This document shows, in pieces, positions 12,198 through 25,004 of a DNA stretch of 64,000 nt; within the stretch, counting starts at the first letter, position 1; every line of letters starts with the position of its first letter. The stretch is from positions 546,153 to 610,152 of the forward strand of contig MU004231.1 in the NCBI GenBank assembly GCA_010405405.1. The letters are read 5' to 3'. A program made the position numbers and the translations under genes. Below the pieces are notes generated by a model. That model did no database searches. It saw nothing but the letters and a program-made list of their open reading frames with translations, and was not told where the DNA came from. This stretch comes from Microthyrium microscopicum (Eukaryota).

Positions 12198-14492
12198 ATG
12201 CCAAAGCTTCATTCTATCGCCGTGGACAAGGCCTTGGAGCTACAGCCTCCACCGCCTGTTGGCAGTCCATACGCAGTTCCATTGCCAGGTTCGAAAATCG
12301 AAGGAAGAAGTGAAATTTATAGGCATTGGCGTTTCCGAGATAGTCTGCTGGAAACTTTAGACCCAAATGTAAAGTCAAATCGTCCACTTGTCCAATATAT
12401 CTTACTGACTAAAGTTGTACAGCTCCCTACTAGCCATCATAGTTTCGAAGATGCAGCGAATAAAGTCCCTACAAATAATTGCTTGGGTTGGAGACCCTGG
12501 AATCCAGTTACAAAAACATTCGAGAAATACTCATGGATGAACTATGCGACAGTACAAAAGAGAAGAAAGGATTTTGGTGCAGGTCTTATGTACTTGATGG
12601 AGCAACATGGTCTTCCGGTAAAAGATCGCAAAGGCGTCGGATTATGGTGTCAGAATCGTCCAGAGTGGCAAATCACTGGTACAATATGGATTGGTGACCC
12701 TTCATCTTTGATACAAGCTAACATATCTGTTCAGATTTGGCAGCAATGTCTCAAGGTCTCTATACCGTATCTCTCTACGATACTCTCGGCCCAGACACCA
12801 CGGAATTCATCATCAATAATGCTCAGATCCACTGTGTTGTTGCCGGAATCAACCATCTACCAACGTTGATAGCACTGAAACCAAAATGTCCGGATCTGCA
12901 ACTGATCATATGTGTGGATGACATACCTGCCAACCTCAATGAATTACCTGGCACTTCAAAGGCTGAGCTTTTAAAGAAGTTTGCGGATGTTTCGGATGTT
13001 GCTCTTTACTACATGTCTGAAGTCGAAGCAGAAGGACAGTCCCATCCCAGATCGTATTCTCCTCCCGGTCCCGACGATCCGATCACCATCAATTATACCT
13101 CTGGTACAACTGGAAATCCTAAAGGAGTCGTTCTGTCCCATCGAAATGCAATGGCTGCCACAGCATCGTCTGCTACTTTAATGCAACAAGTCGAGGAGGA
13201 CGTTATCTGCTCTTTTTTGCCTTTGGCCCACATTTTTCAGCGTCTTACAGAGCACGTTGCATTATCAGCTGGTGCTGGCATAGGCTACTTCCATGGTGTT
13301 ATACCCGAGATCGTCGAAGATCTGAAAGTACTCCGACCAACAGCTTTCATGGCCGTACCTCGTCTTTTCAATCGTTTTGGTACTCGCATCAACGAAGCTA
13401 CCTACGGCAGTAGTCTACCATGGAGGCGCGCAATCACACGCAAGGTGGTTGATGTGAAGACTGCGGCCATCAACGTCAAAGATGCGAGGAAGGCAACCAA
13501 TGTTCACGCGTTCTGGGATCGACTCTGGTCAGGTCGTGTAGCTGCTCAAGTTGGACTTCAGAGGTGCCATACTGTCATATCGGGCTCAGCGCCACTCGAT
13601 CCAAAACTCCATCAGTTCTTGCGAATTTGCTTGTCAAACAATTTCGCCCAGGGATATGGTCTGACTGAGACCTATGCAGCTACATTCTGTCAACTTCAAG
13701 GTGACATGACTGCTGGTAGTTGTGGTGGACCAACTCCTAGCATTGAAGCTTGCATTCGGGATGTTCCTGATATGGGATATCTGGCAACAGATAAGCCGTA
13801 CCCACGCGGTGAAATCCTTGTTCGCGGAGCAACACTCTTCCAAGAGTATTGGCGTGATCCAGAGCAAACAAAAGCAACTATGACAGAAGATGGCTGGTTC
13901 TGCACAGGCGATATTGGATCCGTTGATGAAATGGGCCGATTTTCCATCATCGATCGCCGTAAGCAGCTTCTCAAGCTCGCACAAGGAGAATACATCTCTC
14001 CGGAACGAATTGAGAATATCATTCTTTCCAATCTTGGCTACCTTCAGAATGGCTACATTCACGGCGATTCCGACAAAGCCCATCTCGTTGGACTCTTTGG
14101 TATTGAACCTGAGGGTTTCGCTCCATGGGCAAGTAAAATTCTAGGAACGAAATTTGATATGTTCGATGTGGAGGCTATGAAGCAAGCTTGCATGCATCCC
14201 AAAGTGCGCAAAGAGGCTCTCAAGGATATCAATCAAATCTGCAAGAAGCATAAGTTGCAGCGATATGAGTATTGTCGTGCTCTGCGTTTGATCGTGGATC
14301 CTTTCACGGAGGATAATAACTTGATGACTCCAACGTAAGTTTTCCTGCCTCCCTGAGATTTCACAACTGTCGCTAATCAAAAAACCTAGTATGAAGCTCA
14401 AGCGTCCTCAAGTCGTTAAGTTCTATCGTCCCCATCTGGATGATTTGTACGCAGAGGTCGAAGCAGAGAGTAAACCTCGGGCTAGGTTGTAA
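12198..14492 (+). CDS. long-chain fatty acyl-CoA ligase, probably peroxisomal
   Basis: YTSGTTGNPKG (AMP-binding), GYGLTET, DGWFCTGDIG and IIDRRKQLLKLAQGEYISPE. The last exon ends ...KPRARL* (PTS1-type ARL). Confidence 0.93.
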
Positions 14493-14586
14493 TCATTTGT
14501 CATCTTTCTCCGAAAAAATGGTTAATGCAAATTTTAAGTTGTCGCAAGCTGAGCTTTCTAGTCAATGTATATCATTGTATTTCACT

Positions 14587-17060
14587 TCACTCAACTGAGT
14601 ATAAGTTGTTGGGTTGATGGGCAAGGAATTTATCATCAAGCAAGGCTTCATTCTTGCCCTCAGTGATCAGGATACTCAGCAGCAAGTTTGCGCGATCCTT
14701 GACAACACGATACCAGTTTTCCAGTAGCTCGGACTTGCTGAATCCCCTGGCGAGCTTGATTGTGCTGGATCTCGTACACCCCTTCCCCAAGGACTTGGAT
14801 GGCAAGCGGAAGATACACATACTAGTAGGCAACTTCAATGGTATGGTGATAAATTAGGAAGAACCCTGTCATAAGAATCCAATGACGGATACCCGTAATA
14901 GCTTTCTGTAATACAAAGGGAAATGCGAATCAAGTGTGACAAGCGATAGGACTCAGAGGGAGCAGTTAATCAGCTAGCATTTAAGGATTTGAAGACCGAG
15001 TCTTGAAATTACTTTTTGAACCATACATAATCACAAGAACATCCGGAAGGCCTGTCTGTTCGCCGTCATTCCAAGCAAGAGAACAGCCTGGGCCATCATG
15101 CATTGACACCCGACAGAGGTAAAACAAAATATGCTTTGCCACACACAATGCCAAATCAATCGACAAAAAGACCTCCGGGTGTTGTCTCAAGGTTGTTTGA
15201 ATCAGCCAGCCTTTTCCAGATTGTGGAAGATACTAGCCCACGCTGCTGTCATCTTTTTGCCGGGATATACCGAAATATGCTCTGGCATGACTCTATCAAC
15301 GCTGAGATTTAGCTATAGAGTTGTTAGAAACTTTGAGTAACAACGTCTGATTGAAAGCGAGAACTTACATCTCCGGGTACCTTGGCAGATGCCGTAGTGC
15401 GCGAATTGGGCGCAATCCGACCAGAAGAAGCTGAAGCAGGGACAATTCGACCTGGATGCTGGACGGCAAGACTTGGTGCAGCAGTAGCTTCGGCAAGCTG
15501 AATCTTTGCAGCACGAGCAGCTTCAGCAGCGCGAGTGGCTTTGGCGACACGGGCCTCTTCAGCGATACGGGCAGCTTCGGCAATCCGAGAAGCTTCACGT
15601 TCTTCAGCTGCTTTCTTTTCCACAAGAGCTTTTCTAACAGCAGCCGCTTTCTCTTCCTCAAGAGCTTTTCGAGCGGCCACTTTCTCTTCTTCCAAAGCTT
15701 TTCTAGCAGCAGCCGCTTTCTCCTCCTCGAGAGCTTTTCGAGCAGCCGCTTTCTCCTCTTCCGCGGCCTTGCGAGCAGCAGCAGCCTTTTGTTCGTCGGC
15801 GACCTTGCGAGCAGCAGCAGCCTTCTGTTCGTCGGCGGCCTTGCGAGCGGCAGCAGCCTTCTGTTCATCGTCGGCAGCTTTTCGAGCAGCAGCGGCAGCT
15901 TTTTGTTCTTCGGCAGCCTTACGAGTGAGAGCTGCTTCGCGCTCGGCAGCGAGCTTATTAGCAGTAGCAAATTCACGCTGGGCGGCTTCGCGCTGAAGAG
16001 CAGCACGAGCAGCAACATCACGAGGGCCAGTAGGTGCATGAGCTGGCACTCGCTGGCGGCCATGGTTGATCTACGAAAGTTAGTTGGCAGAATAAGTAGC
16101 AACTGTGATCGAGCTTACTGGAGCAATGGGAGGTGGACGACGGTTGTTCTGAGGAGGAGCCTGCGCAGGTTTCTTGTTATTACGAGGCTTCTTATTTGTA
16201 CCCTCTGCTGAGAGGTCCGAGTAGGGTGAAAGACGACCTGGCGAACGAGTAACTTGATTCGCTGCCACAGAGGAGATTTTGGGAGAGACTTTAGGAGAGC
16301 CTCCGGGAGAGTAATTGAAACTTTCTCGAGGGTTGTAATCGCCATCCTGGTGGATGAGAGCCAATTCCCGATTGCGCATTTTCTCTGCCACAAATTTATC
16401 GAAAGGATTGTTACTCTTGGCCAGAACCGTGTCCCGGAATACACGATTTGGTACCTCGTGATGTAGTAGTGGGGGAGGAAGGGGTGTCATTTGTAGTCTT
16501 GTTGGACCTGTTGGTTCCTGGCGGGCTGCCGTCTTCTTAGAGCGGGGAGCCTTGAAGTCGTTTTCCTTTTTTGCCGCTTTCTGTTAGACCGGACATTCCG
16601 GATCAGTATGAAGCTCAATCTCAGCTATAATAGCAATTCGATCATGGAAGGAAAGAACGCTAATAGCAGGTGGCAGAACAAGATCCCCGAAAGTTGTAAC
16701 ATACAAAGCTGATCGCGAGATACATGAGATGGTGTTGTGCTTCAAAAGCAGCGGTGAAAGGGCTGTTCAATTGCATTCACTCGGAAGACTTACCTGGTTG
16801 GTAGGACGAAAAGGCATGTTGTTGTTGAAGCTATGGGGAGCACGAGATGGTGGACCCTGTTGACCAAGAATCAAATTCATCGCATAATCCCGTGCAGCTG
16901 TCTTGGCTTCGTCGGGCGCCATTTGCGTGGCCGCGATCATTTGCGCTTCATCGCCGAGATCTGCAGCCATGAGGCTGACCTGAAAGGGTCAGTGATGGTT
17001 TCAACACATGATGGGCTCATGCAGTGAGCTTACCGGGCCTGGATTTTTGTTGCGACTCAT
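14587..17060 (-). CDS. multi-exon hypothetical protein with Ala/Glu/Lys coiled-coil repeat; 3' exon structure unresolved
   Basis: MSRNKNPGP, VSLMAADL...RPTNQ, KAAKKEND...IAP and INHGRQRVPAH...(AAARKA.xEExK)n splice in frame via canonical introns. The frame is not resolved beyond about 15200. Confidence 0.55.
15520..15960 (-). repeat. tandem 30-36-nt repeat encoding (K/E)AAAARKA(A/L/V)xEEx
   Basis: About 9 copies of AAARKAADEQK / AAARKALEEEK in ORF 15324-16049. Confidence 0.9.
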
Positions 17061-18350
17061 CTTGAGATTAGGCTGCCTCTTATCGGTAACGGCGAGGGAG
17101 TTGAGGATGAACTTGTCAAGTGAAGAGCAGCCTATGGATCTGAAACCAGCTGGATGAGGTGGTGAGATTGTCTAACGAGTAGCTTTGGGTTTTTGGGAGA
17201 GGATGACGAGCGCAAAACCCGCCTATCAAGGCCTTTTGGGACTTTGAAGATGTTGCGAATTGGGTGCGAAGTGCGTGAAGAAGTCGAAGTTGTTGAAGAA
17301 GCGGAAGAACAGAAGTAGAGGATGAAGTTAAATCGTTGGCATGGAGACAATGTGACGGTGGGTAGGTAGCGACTTCCTTAAGATCAAGGCACCAGGTCAG
17401 GGTTTGATTCACATGCAGAGGAACATTTGAAGCAAGAGCAGTGGGTGGGGTTGACACAGTGATGCTGACGAACGCAACCGACGATTATGACTGGCAAGTT
17501 GGGCTGCGAGTATGAAGACTGGAGCTCAGTTGCAATTACAAGACTCTTTGTTGGACGGGAAGGCACAAACATGAAATTATGTTTGGCATTGGCTCCACCT
17601 TTCCAATTGCCTGATCTCCAGCTGGGCCCGCTTTAAGAGTTCTGAGTTCTAACAGGCTTGGGTACAAAAGTTCACTTTGAACAAACAGTTAAAGAAGCTA
17701 ACGCGTACAAGTAAAATAAAAAATCAACTCGTAATGCAGGTGTTGATGTATGCTCAGGGCCCAACGGCTAATAGAACAGCCAGCGATGCGTTTGGGAGAG
17801 TATCTTCACCACTTCCGAGATCCAGTAGCAGAGAACTATTTCAAGAAATTCCAGTAGAGCGCAAGCCTGTCGCACACATCATCTGCGACAATACTAGCCG
17901 TTACAAGAATGATTCAGGCTAGGCAGCGTGTCTTCAGCGACTCTTCCATTCCTAGCTCTTGATCCATAGATTTAAAAATCGTGCAGGAGAAGCAAACATA
18001 GTCTTGAACTACTTTCAATTTTACAAGGTTATCTTCACGGCCGCACACCGATTGACGAGCATGTTGATCAGGATGAAGGGACAGATAGGATGTCGCAAGC
18101 TCTGATGAAGTTTGTTATTGTTCTTCAGACATGTGCAGATATTCAGGGGTAATTATGGCGGCTAACTGAGCGCCAATCCGGTAGCGCGTTCGGGCCGATC
18201 GGTGCCAAGGCAAGTCCCGAGATCGTTTCTATTCATGGCCTCTTTCGTCGCATGAGATATGTCCTTTCAAAGTTCTAGAGCTTCACCACACTCCGCAACA
18301 CACCGATTTCGCCTCTTATCCCGTAATATCTGCTCGCAGGCAACTATGCA

Positions 18351-20206
18351 ATGGCAGAGGGAGGTCCTTGGATCCCTCACAAGGAGCAAGATACTCGCTC
18401 CGACCCCGAAGAAGCTCGAGGCCTCTTAGACAGTAACACTGACGACCACCTTGCACACGAGTCTCACGATATCCTCGACTCGCCAAAATCCGATTCCCGG
18501 CCGCGGCCGAAAAGGCCTACCCTTTCAGAATCTCCATCCGACTTTGCAAGACGTCAGTCCTCGTTTGCGCAACCACGACCTGATGGCACACCCAGAACAC
18601 CGAACCGAGTTCGCTTCGAGTTGATGACAGCTGGATCTACACCTGAGCATGCCAATGGACAAGCACAACATCCCTCATGGATGGACGAAGAAGATCCGCT
18701 AGAAGGAGATGATAGCTATTCGATGCATCAGAATGGACAGGTTCAAAGAATACCGCTCTTGACCGACATTGAGGCACCAAGTGTCACGGTGGCTACGGAC
18801 TTTGAGTTCGACCCAGAAGATCATTTGGAAAGCGCAAGGCCAAGGAGTAATATGCGAAGCGCATTCATGAACATGGCAAATAGCATAATGTGAGTGCAGA
18901 AAGAGGACTGCTAGCTTCAATACTAATACTTTACAGAGGTGCTGGTATCATTGGCCAACCTTATGCTCTCAAACAAGCTGGATTAATTACTGGAGTCATA
19001 TTACTAGTGGGACTTACCTTTGTGGTCGACTGGACGATACAACTTATCGTAATCAATTCCAAGTTGAGCGGCGCCGACTCGTTTCAGGGAACTGTTCAAC
19101 ATTGTTTTGGTAGACCTGGTATGATTGCAATCTCGGTTGCTCAATGGGCATTGTACGTAGACAGCCTCGACCGCTTTTTCTTTTCACATGCTGACTCTAC
19201 CCAGTGCCTTTGGGGGAATGATAGCTTTCTGCATAATAGTAGGAGACAGCATTCCACATGTTATCTCCGCGCTGTTTCCCTCGATAAAAGACATGCACTT
19301 CCTCTGGCTACTTGCAGATAGGCGAGCCGTTATAGCGTTGTTCATTCTTTGCCTCTCATATCCACTTTCGCTCTACAAGGATATCGCAAAACTTGCCAAA
19401 GCCAGCACTCTCGCCTTGATATCCATGGGTATCATCATTTTCACAGTTCTCACCCAAGGCTTTACGGTTCCTTCCGAATCCCGAGGCGCCATTCGCGGAT
19501 CGATTTTCATCAACTCGGGCATATTCCAAGCTATCGGGGTCATATCATTTGCATTCGTCTGCCATCACAATTCGCTATTAATCTACGGCTCGTTGAAAAA
19601 GCCTACTCTGGACCGCTTCGCCACCGTTACGCATTACTCTACTGGCATCTCCATGATCGCATGTTTGTTACTCGCTTTGGCTGGCTTCCTGACTTTTGGA
19701 GACAAAACACAAGGCAATGTGCTCAACAATTTCCCTTCCGACAACATCTTTGTCAACATTGCGCGTCTCTGCTTTGGACTCAACATGCTTACCACCTTAC
19801 CTCTCGAATGCTTCGTTTGCCGCGAAGTCATGACAGTGTACTACTTTCCAGACGAGCCATTTAATCAGACTCGCCATATCATGTTCACTACTGCGCTGGT
19901 AGTGTCGGCCATGACTCTTTCGCTCTTCACCTGCGATCTGGGAGCCGTATTTGAATTGATTGGCGCTACGAGCGCTTGCGCCCTGGCTTACATTCTACCG
20001 CCGCTCTGTTATGTTAAGCTTTCGTCCGCGAAGGGACTGAAACTATGGGGTGCATATGCATGTGTCGCGTTTGGTTGCATTGTGATGGGAATTTCTTTGA
20101 TTCTTGCTGTTGCGAAAATCATAAACCGTAAGTTTCATGCTGAATTGGGTAGATTGCATATGCTAATTCGGGTACAGATGACGGAGAAGTCAAGACTTGT
20201 AGCTGA
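18351..20206 (+). CDS. AAAP-family (vacuolar, Avt2-like) amino-acid transporter
   Basis: SAFMNMANSIIGAGIIGQPYA (spliced), GVISFAFVCHHNS, TQGNVLNNFP and GATSACALAYILPP; ends DGEVKTCS*. Confidence 0.92.
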
Positions 20207-20519
20207 ACTCTGATGCCCGCATTTGTAGCATTTCAATCAAGCGTTTTGGGGAAAGCTGGGCGTTGTGGAGTGAAGGAACAAAAGATTGACGTAAGTCACT
20301 TTCCCTGGGATCAAAGTCCATACTAACCCATCGGCTTGTAGATCTAATGAGATATCAGAAGTGATAGAAGAAAGAGTCACAATACTACTTTAGACCAATA
20401 TACCCATTTTGGATTTCCATGGCAGCTTCATGCTTGTTGAGCGCTCTTTGGCAGCCTGTTATTTTATTGTTACATCTGATCAAAATCTGCCTTGAACGCG
20501 TAGTATCATCCAGCAGACA

Positions 20520-21506
20520 TCAACATGGCCCGTACGACTCATTCGTCGTGACAGGGTCTGCAATACCCATCGTCTTCCCTCCGCCTACCAGATATAACGT
20601 CTCGCCAACAACTGCCGCCGCTCCAAGCCCATGGCGTGGCGACTTCATCGCCGCCTCCGACGACCACTTATTGCTCGGCGCATCATATACATCCACATCC
20701 GGAAACACGCCAGTCTGCACCTTGGCATTTCCCTCCCCACCAAAGATATAAATCTTTTTACCAACGACTCCGCCCGCAACTCCACCTCTCGTCGTTGGCA
20801 TCGCCGCCCGTTCAACCCAGCCTGCCGACCGGTCTTTGAGATCCCATGCAAGCACCGTATTCCGGTTATTGTCTGGGCTCGCACGTCGGCCAGCTACTAC
20901 GTAGAACACGCCATCAATGATGGCTCCGCCAGCATGGTCGCGACCTTCTGGCAGATCGAGGTCAGGATAGATTGTCCATGTGTTGGTGTCCGTGTGGTAA
21001 GCTGTGAGCTTGACCATGGGCTGCATCTCCCTGCCACTGTGCATTTTTGGGTCAACAGGGTTCTTTGTTGAAAGACCGCCAGCGATATATACGACGTTGT
21101 CAATGACTCCGACGACACCGGCACCGCGTGCGTCGGGCATGTCGGCGAGGGCCTCCCATTTCTGGGTCGCTGGGTCGAAGCGGTAGGATTTGCCGGTGCT
21201 CGTCCAGCCAGTCGAGTGGCTGATGCCGCCAAGCACGTACAGTTTACCCGCGACAGTAGCAACATTAGCATGGTGCATGGCCTCTGGGAGGGGTGGCGCG
21301 GAGGACCATGTGTTGGTAGTAGTATGGTAGACGGCAACGGAATCCGTTATGTTATTGGCAAAGAGGCCGCTCACCGCGTAGACATCCGGACCGATGGCAG
21401 CAGTGGCATGTTCCTGGCGTGCTTGCGGCAGAGGCGCAAGGGTCTTCCAGCAATATGAGGCAGCGTTGGTGAGGGCCGGCAGGGCCAAGAACAGTGACGA
21501 TTTCAT
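20520..21506 (-). CDS. secreted Kelch-repeat beta-propeller protein
   Basis: Signal peptide and six Kelch-like repeats (YVLGG, YIAGG, YVVAG, YIFGG, YLVGG; W...A.MP..R); intronless. Confidence 0.9.
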   Translation of the reverse strand: MKSSLFLALPALTNAASYCWKTLAPLPQARQEHATAAIGPDVYAVSGLFANNITDSVAVYHTTTNTWSSAPPLPEAMHHANVATVAGKLYVLGGISHSTGWTSTGKSYRFDPATQKWEALADMPDARGAGVVGVIDNVVYIAGGLSTKNPVDPKMHSGREMQPMVKLTAYHTDTNTWTIYPDLDLPEGRDHAGGAIIDGVFYVVAGRRASPDNNRNTVLAWDLKDRSAGWVERAAMPTTRGGVAGGVVGKKIYIFGGEGNAKVQTGVFPDVDVYDAPSNKWSSEAAMKSPRHGLGAAAVVGETLYLVGGGKTMGIADPVTTNESYGPC

Positions 21507-22706
21507 CTTGAATCCTGGGCGCGGATGGCGAGTTCATGTGTTGGCGTGTTCACTGTTTTCATTCTGGCATACGCTAGTATTTATAGCATTAGAACACGGA
21601 AGATCCTCTAAAATTAGTTTTATGTCCAAATGAGTATAACGGTGAAAGTGTTAAGGCATATGAAAAGACAGAACTTTGTGATGGTTTGCAGCAAGATGTT
21701 ATAGTTGAAACATCGCCGTTCATTGGTCGTTGATGATCTGAAGTTCTAATACTGGAAAAGTCAAGCTTTGATCCGCTCATTAGTTGGGCTTGGACTTTTA
21801 TTACTCTATACTGTTGAGGAGATACATTGACCTTAAATGATACCGCCTTCTAAGAACTTGAAGTACTGTGTACTATGTAGTTGAGGGTGAGACAGAAAAG
21901 GTCCAATTGGAGGAAAATTGTGACCTTAGTTGGTACTCTAGGTTTATGTTAGCTCTATTATTATCCTTACTAGTTGAGGTAACATTATTACTTTGAAAGG
22001 TCTAATAAATCGGCGTAGAAATGAATGACAGGTTCAATTTTGGATTCTAACATTGTTAAAACAGGCACATCGAATGGCAATACCACATGGAAATGTTGAA
22101 TGAAGTCAACCACAACAGCTCAATTCGCACGATCAAACTATTGTATTTTATCAAAGAAGCCGAGTGCTCACAACTTTATGTGATGTATGCTCATCAACAA
22201 TTGTTCCTACGATCCTTCTTGGTACACATGCGTCTACACCATATGACATACTACGGATACATGAGTATTGGCTTTATTAAATTTTGCTTGAACCTGGTTT
22301 TGAATCAGAAAGCGCCAGAAATCTTTAGCTTAACACTTAGAAAGTAGTCTAGAACGACGGCTTCCAGAAATCCTGATCTTGGAACCTTGATTGAGCCCCA
22401 ATCGCCCTAGCAGTCTTCTCGAACCCTCTGATCACCAATGAGGATCACGAAACGCCAATGCCCCCTTTCGAACATTGCGATGCCTGGTTCTGCAACAACA
22501 CCAGACGGATCGTTTCCATTCGGGGCCATAGCCAGCTACTTAACTAGCTGTTTTCCTCAAATAATGTCTTTGCTCAACTCTCGACGATTGCGCGGGCACA
22601 CGATCCTTTCGTCGTGATTTTTGCCGCATTCTGGGCCTAAGTTGCTCCGGGGCTGACACCGTAAAAACATCTTTACGGGGCAGGCCCTGCACTTCGCTCA
22701 TCCAAG

Positions 22707-24173
22707 ATGATCTCTAAGCATCGTTCATTGTCAAGTTACTGTGGTTTGCTACCGGTTTGTATAGTATCCGCCGCTGGGTACGTTGCAGTCTCCGTCATCG
22801 CCGCTGCTTACTGTTGCTGACTGTGGTGGGGGATATAGACTTTTGCTTGTCGTCGCATTCATTGCAACAACTGCAGTTCAGAAAAACATGGCCGCGGTAT
22901 CATCAGCTCAAACTAAGGGAAAGGTCTATTTTGACTATGTAGTGCAAAATGGATTCTTCGCCCAGTCTGACAAGGCTACAGATGCATCATCCTTTGACTT
23001 CGTAGGTACCTACATAATAGATCTGGCAGATCGACAAAACTGATCAAATATCTAGACAAAGGCAGACATGGGTCTCCTGAACCGGACCTATGATACAGAT
23101 GCCTCATTCGACCCCAAAAAAGAGAAAACCCAGTGGCAGCGCTTCGAGTATTATGTACGCCATCTTAATCAAAGCGCCTCCGCTGGTGTTAGCTACAAGG
23201 TACTGTATTTGGGAAGGCATGGAGAAGGTTGGCATAACGTTGAAGAAGCGACAGTCGGCGGTAAACTCTGGGATGTAAGAATTTTTTGCACCCAATGCGT
23301 CTCACAAGCTAACAATCGAAAGTGTTACTGGTCACGATTGCCCGGAAACGGAACTGTCACCTGGCAAAACTCTAATCTAACACCTCTTGGGATTCGGCAG
23401 GCTTTGGCAGTGAACAGTTTTTGGAAGTCCGCTTTGGCAGATGCCAAAACTCCAGCACCGGAAACCTACTATGTTAGCCCACTAGAGCGAACCCTGCTGA
23501 CTGCTAATTACACGTTCAATGGTCTTCAGCTTCCAGCTCAGAAACCATTTCAACCAATCATCAAGGAATTACTTCGCGAGGCTCTTGGTGTTCACACCTG
23601 CGACCGGCGAGACACTAAGACCAAGATTCATTCTCTATGGCCTCAAGTCACATTTGAAGCTGGGTTTTCAGAAGATGATGTAAGTTGTTCGCAAAAAGTC
23701 ATTCCTATGCTGCAGTTAACGATATACTCAATTTGTGTTTTGCCGAGACTAGACGAATTGTGTCTCCCTAAGTTATTCGATTTTTGTTTCATATATCAGA
23801 CACACGTGCCGCATTCGAGTTGAGCTGACTTTATTTTTAGCTACTATGGGATCCAGATTTCCGAGAATCAGGAGGTCATCAAGTGAATCGCATGTTACAT
23901 TTCATCGACGACATATACGCCAATGACACCAACATATTCATATCTTGCACGAGTCACTCTGGATCGATCTCCTCCATACAACAGGGATTAGGCCATCGCC
24001 AATTTCAGCTACAAACTGGCGGCATGATGCCCATTTTTTTGAAAGCCCAGCAACGCTCAGGACCAAGACCGGACGGCAAAATTGATCCACCATCGAAACC
24101 TGCGATTTGCTCTCCCCCACCTGGTGCTAATATCACTCTTACAACTGGTCTTGCAACAGCGACTTCTACATAG
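22707..24173 (+). CDS. histidine phosphatase / phosphoglycerate-mutase family protein (Pmu1-like) with N-terminal hydrophobic leader
   Basis: LGRHGEGWHN, LTPLGIRQA, VSPLERTLLTA, LREALGVHTCDRR and SCTSHSGSI. ATG 22707 plus a short intron ending at 22838 gives the leader ...CIVSAAGLLLVVAFIATTA. Confidence 0.85.
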
Positions 24174-25004
24174 TATTCTGATATTGCTGTTGCAATCCAG
24201 CAATATATATCCGCCAGTCGCTAGTGAAATCCATCAACATTTTTGCCTGTACATGTTTTCCAATTCTTGACGAACCATCAAGGATCTATTTTTACTCACG
24301 GAGCTGGCCGAAGCGGGGACTTTTGACCTTTTCTATGGATGATTCCTTGAAGTTCAACCGACTTTATTTTGGAATATTGCGGGACCGGCACTTTAGTGTG
24401 AAAGCTTTTCCCAACTCCACTCCATCAATGATACATCAAAGCTTAGCATCTGTTGGAGACCGAGGGCGATGTCAGCATGCACGTTGGAATGGTCTCCACA
24501 GCAGCCGCACCTGGCAATCAGCTGTGTCCCGAGGTCTCATCAAATCTCTATGATGGGTCTACTGCTGAAGATGGCTCTCAAGATAGCAGCTCCTGGGACC
24601 CATGTCAGACCTAACGATACACCTGGCTAGTGCCATCTCGGTTGTCTGGGCGGCCATTTCAATAAGACCCGAATCAGCAACACATCTACAATGATCGATT
24701 CACTACGACGAGCAATATCAAGAGTTGTAACAAGCACTCAACATGCCTTCACGTGTATTGATCAAGTCTCATCCATTCTTGCTGGACTTGAGGTAAGCTT
24801 GTTGTATTTCGATCAAGACAACAGACATACCCTTACATCTCTTTGGCCTAGCTGCCATTGCGTGCCAAAGCTGAATCTTAGGTCCAAGGAAATATATCTC
24901 CAGAACGATGGCCTTATGTGAAACAGATGTCACGCTGTTTGTTCATGCCTTGTGGTCGTAAGTTGTTCAATTTATTTTCGTTGCATTCTTTGGTGACTGA
25001 AATT

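Noticed and set aside
15365..16211. Overlapping 245-, 251- and 153-aa ORFs
   Set aside because: Stop-free shadows of the GCT/GCA-rich repeat in other frames and strand.
22783..22890. Non-AUG (TTG) start for the phosphatase
   Set aside because: An in-frame ATG at 22707 plus a canonical intron explains the hydrophobic leader.
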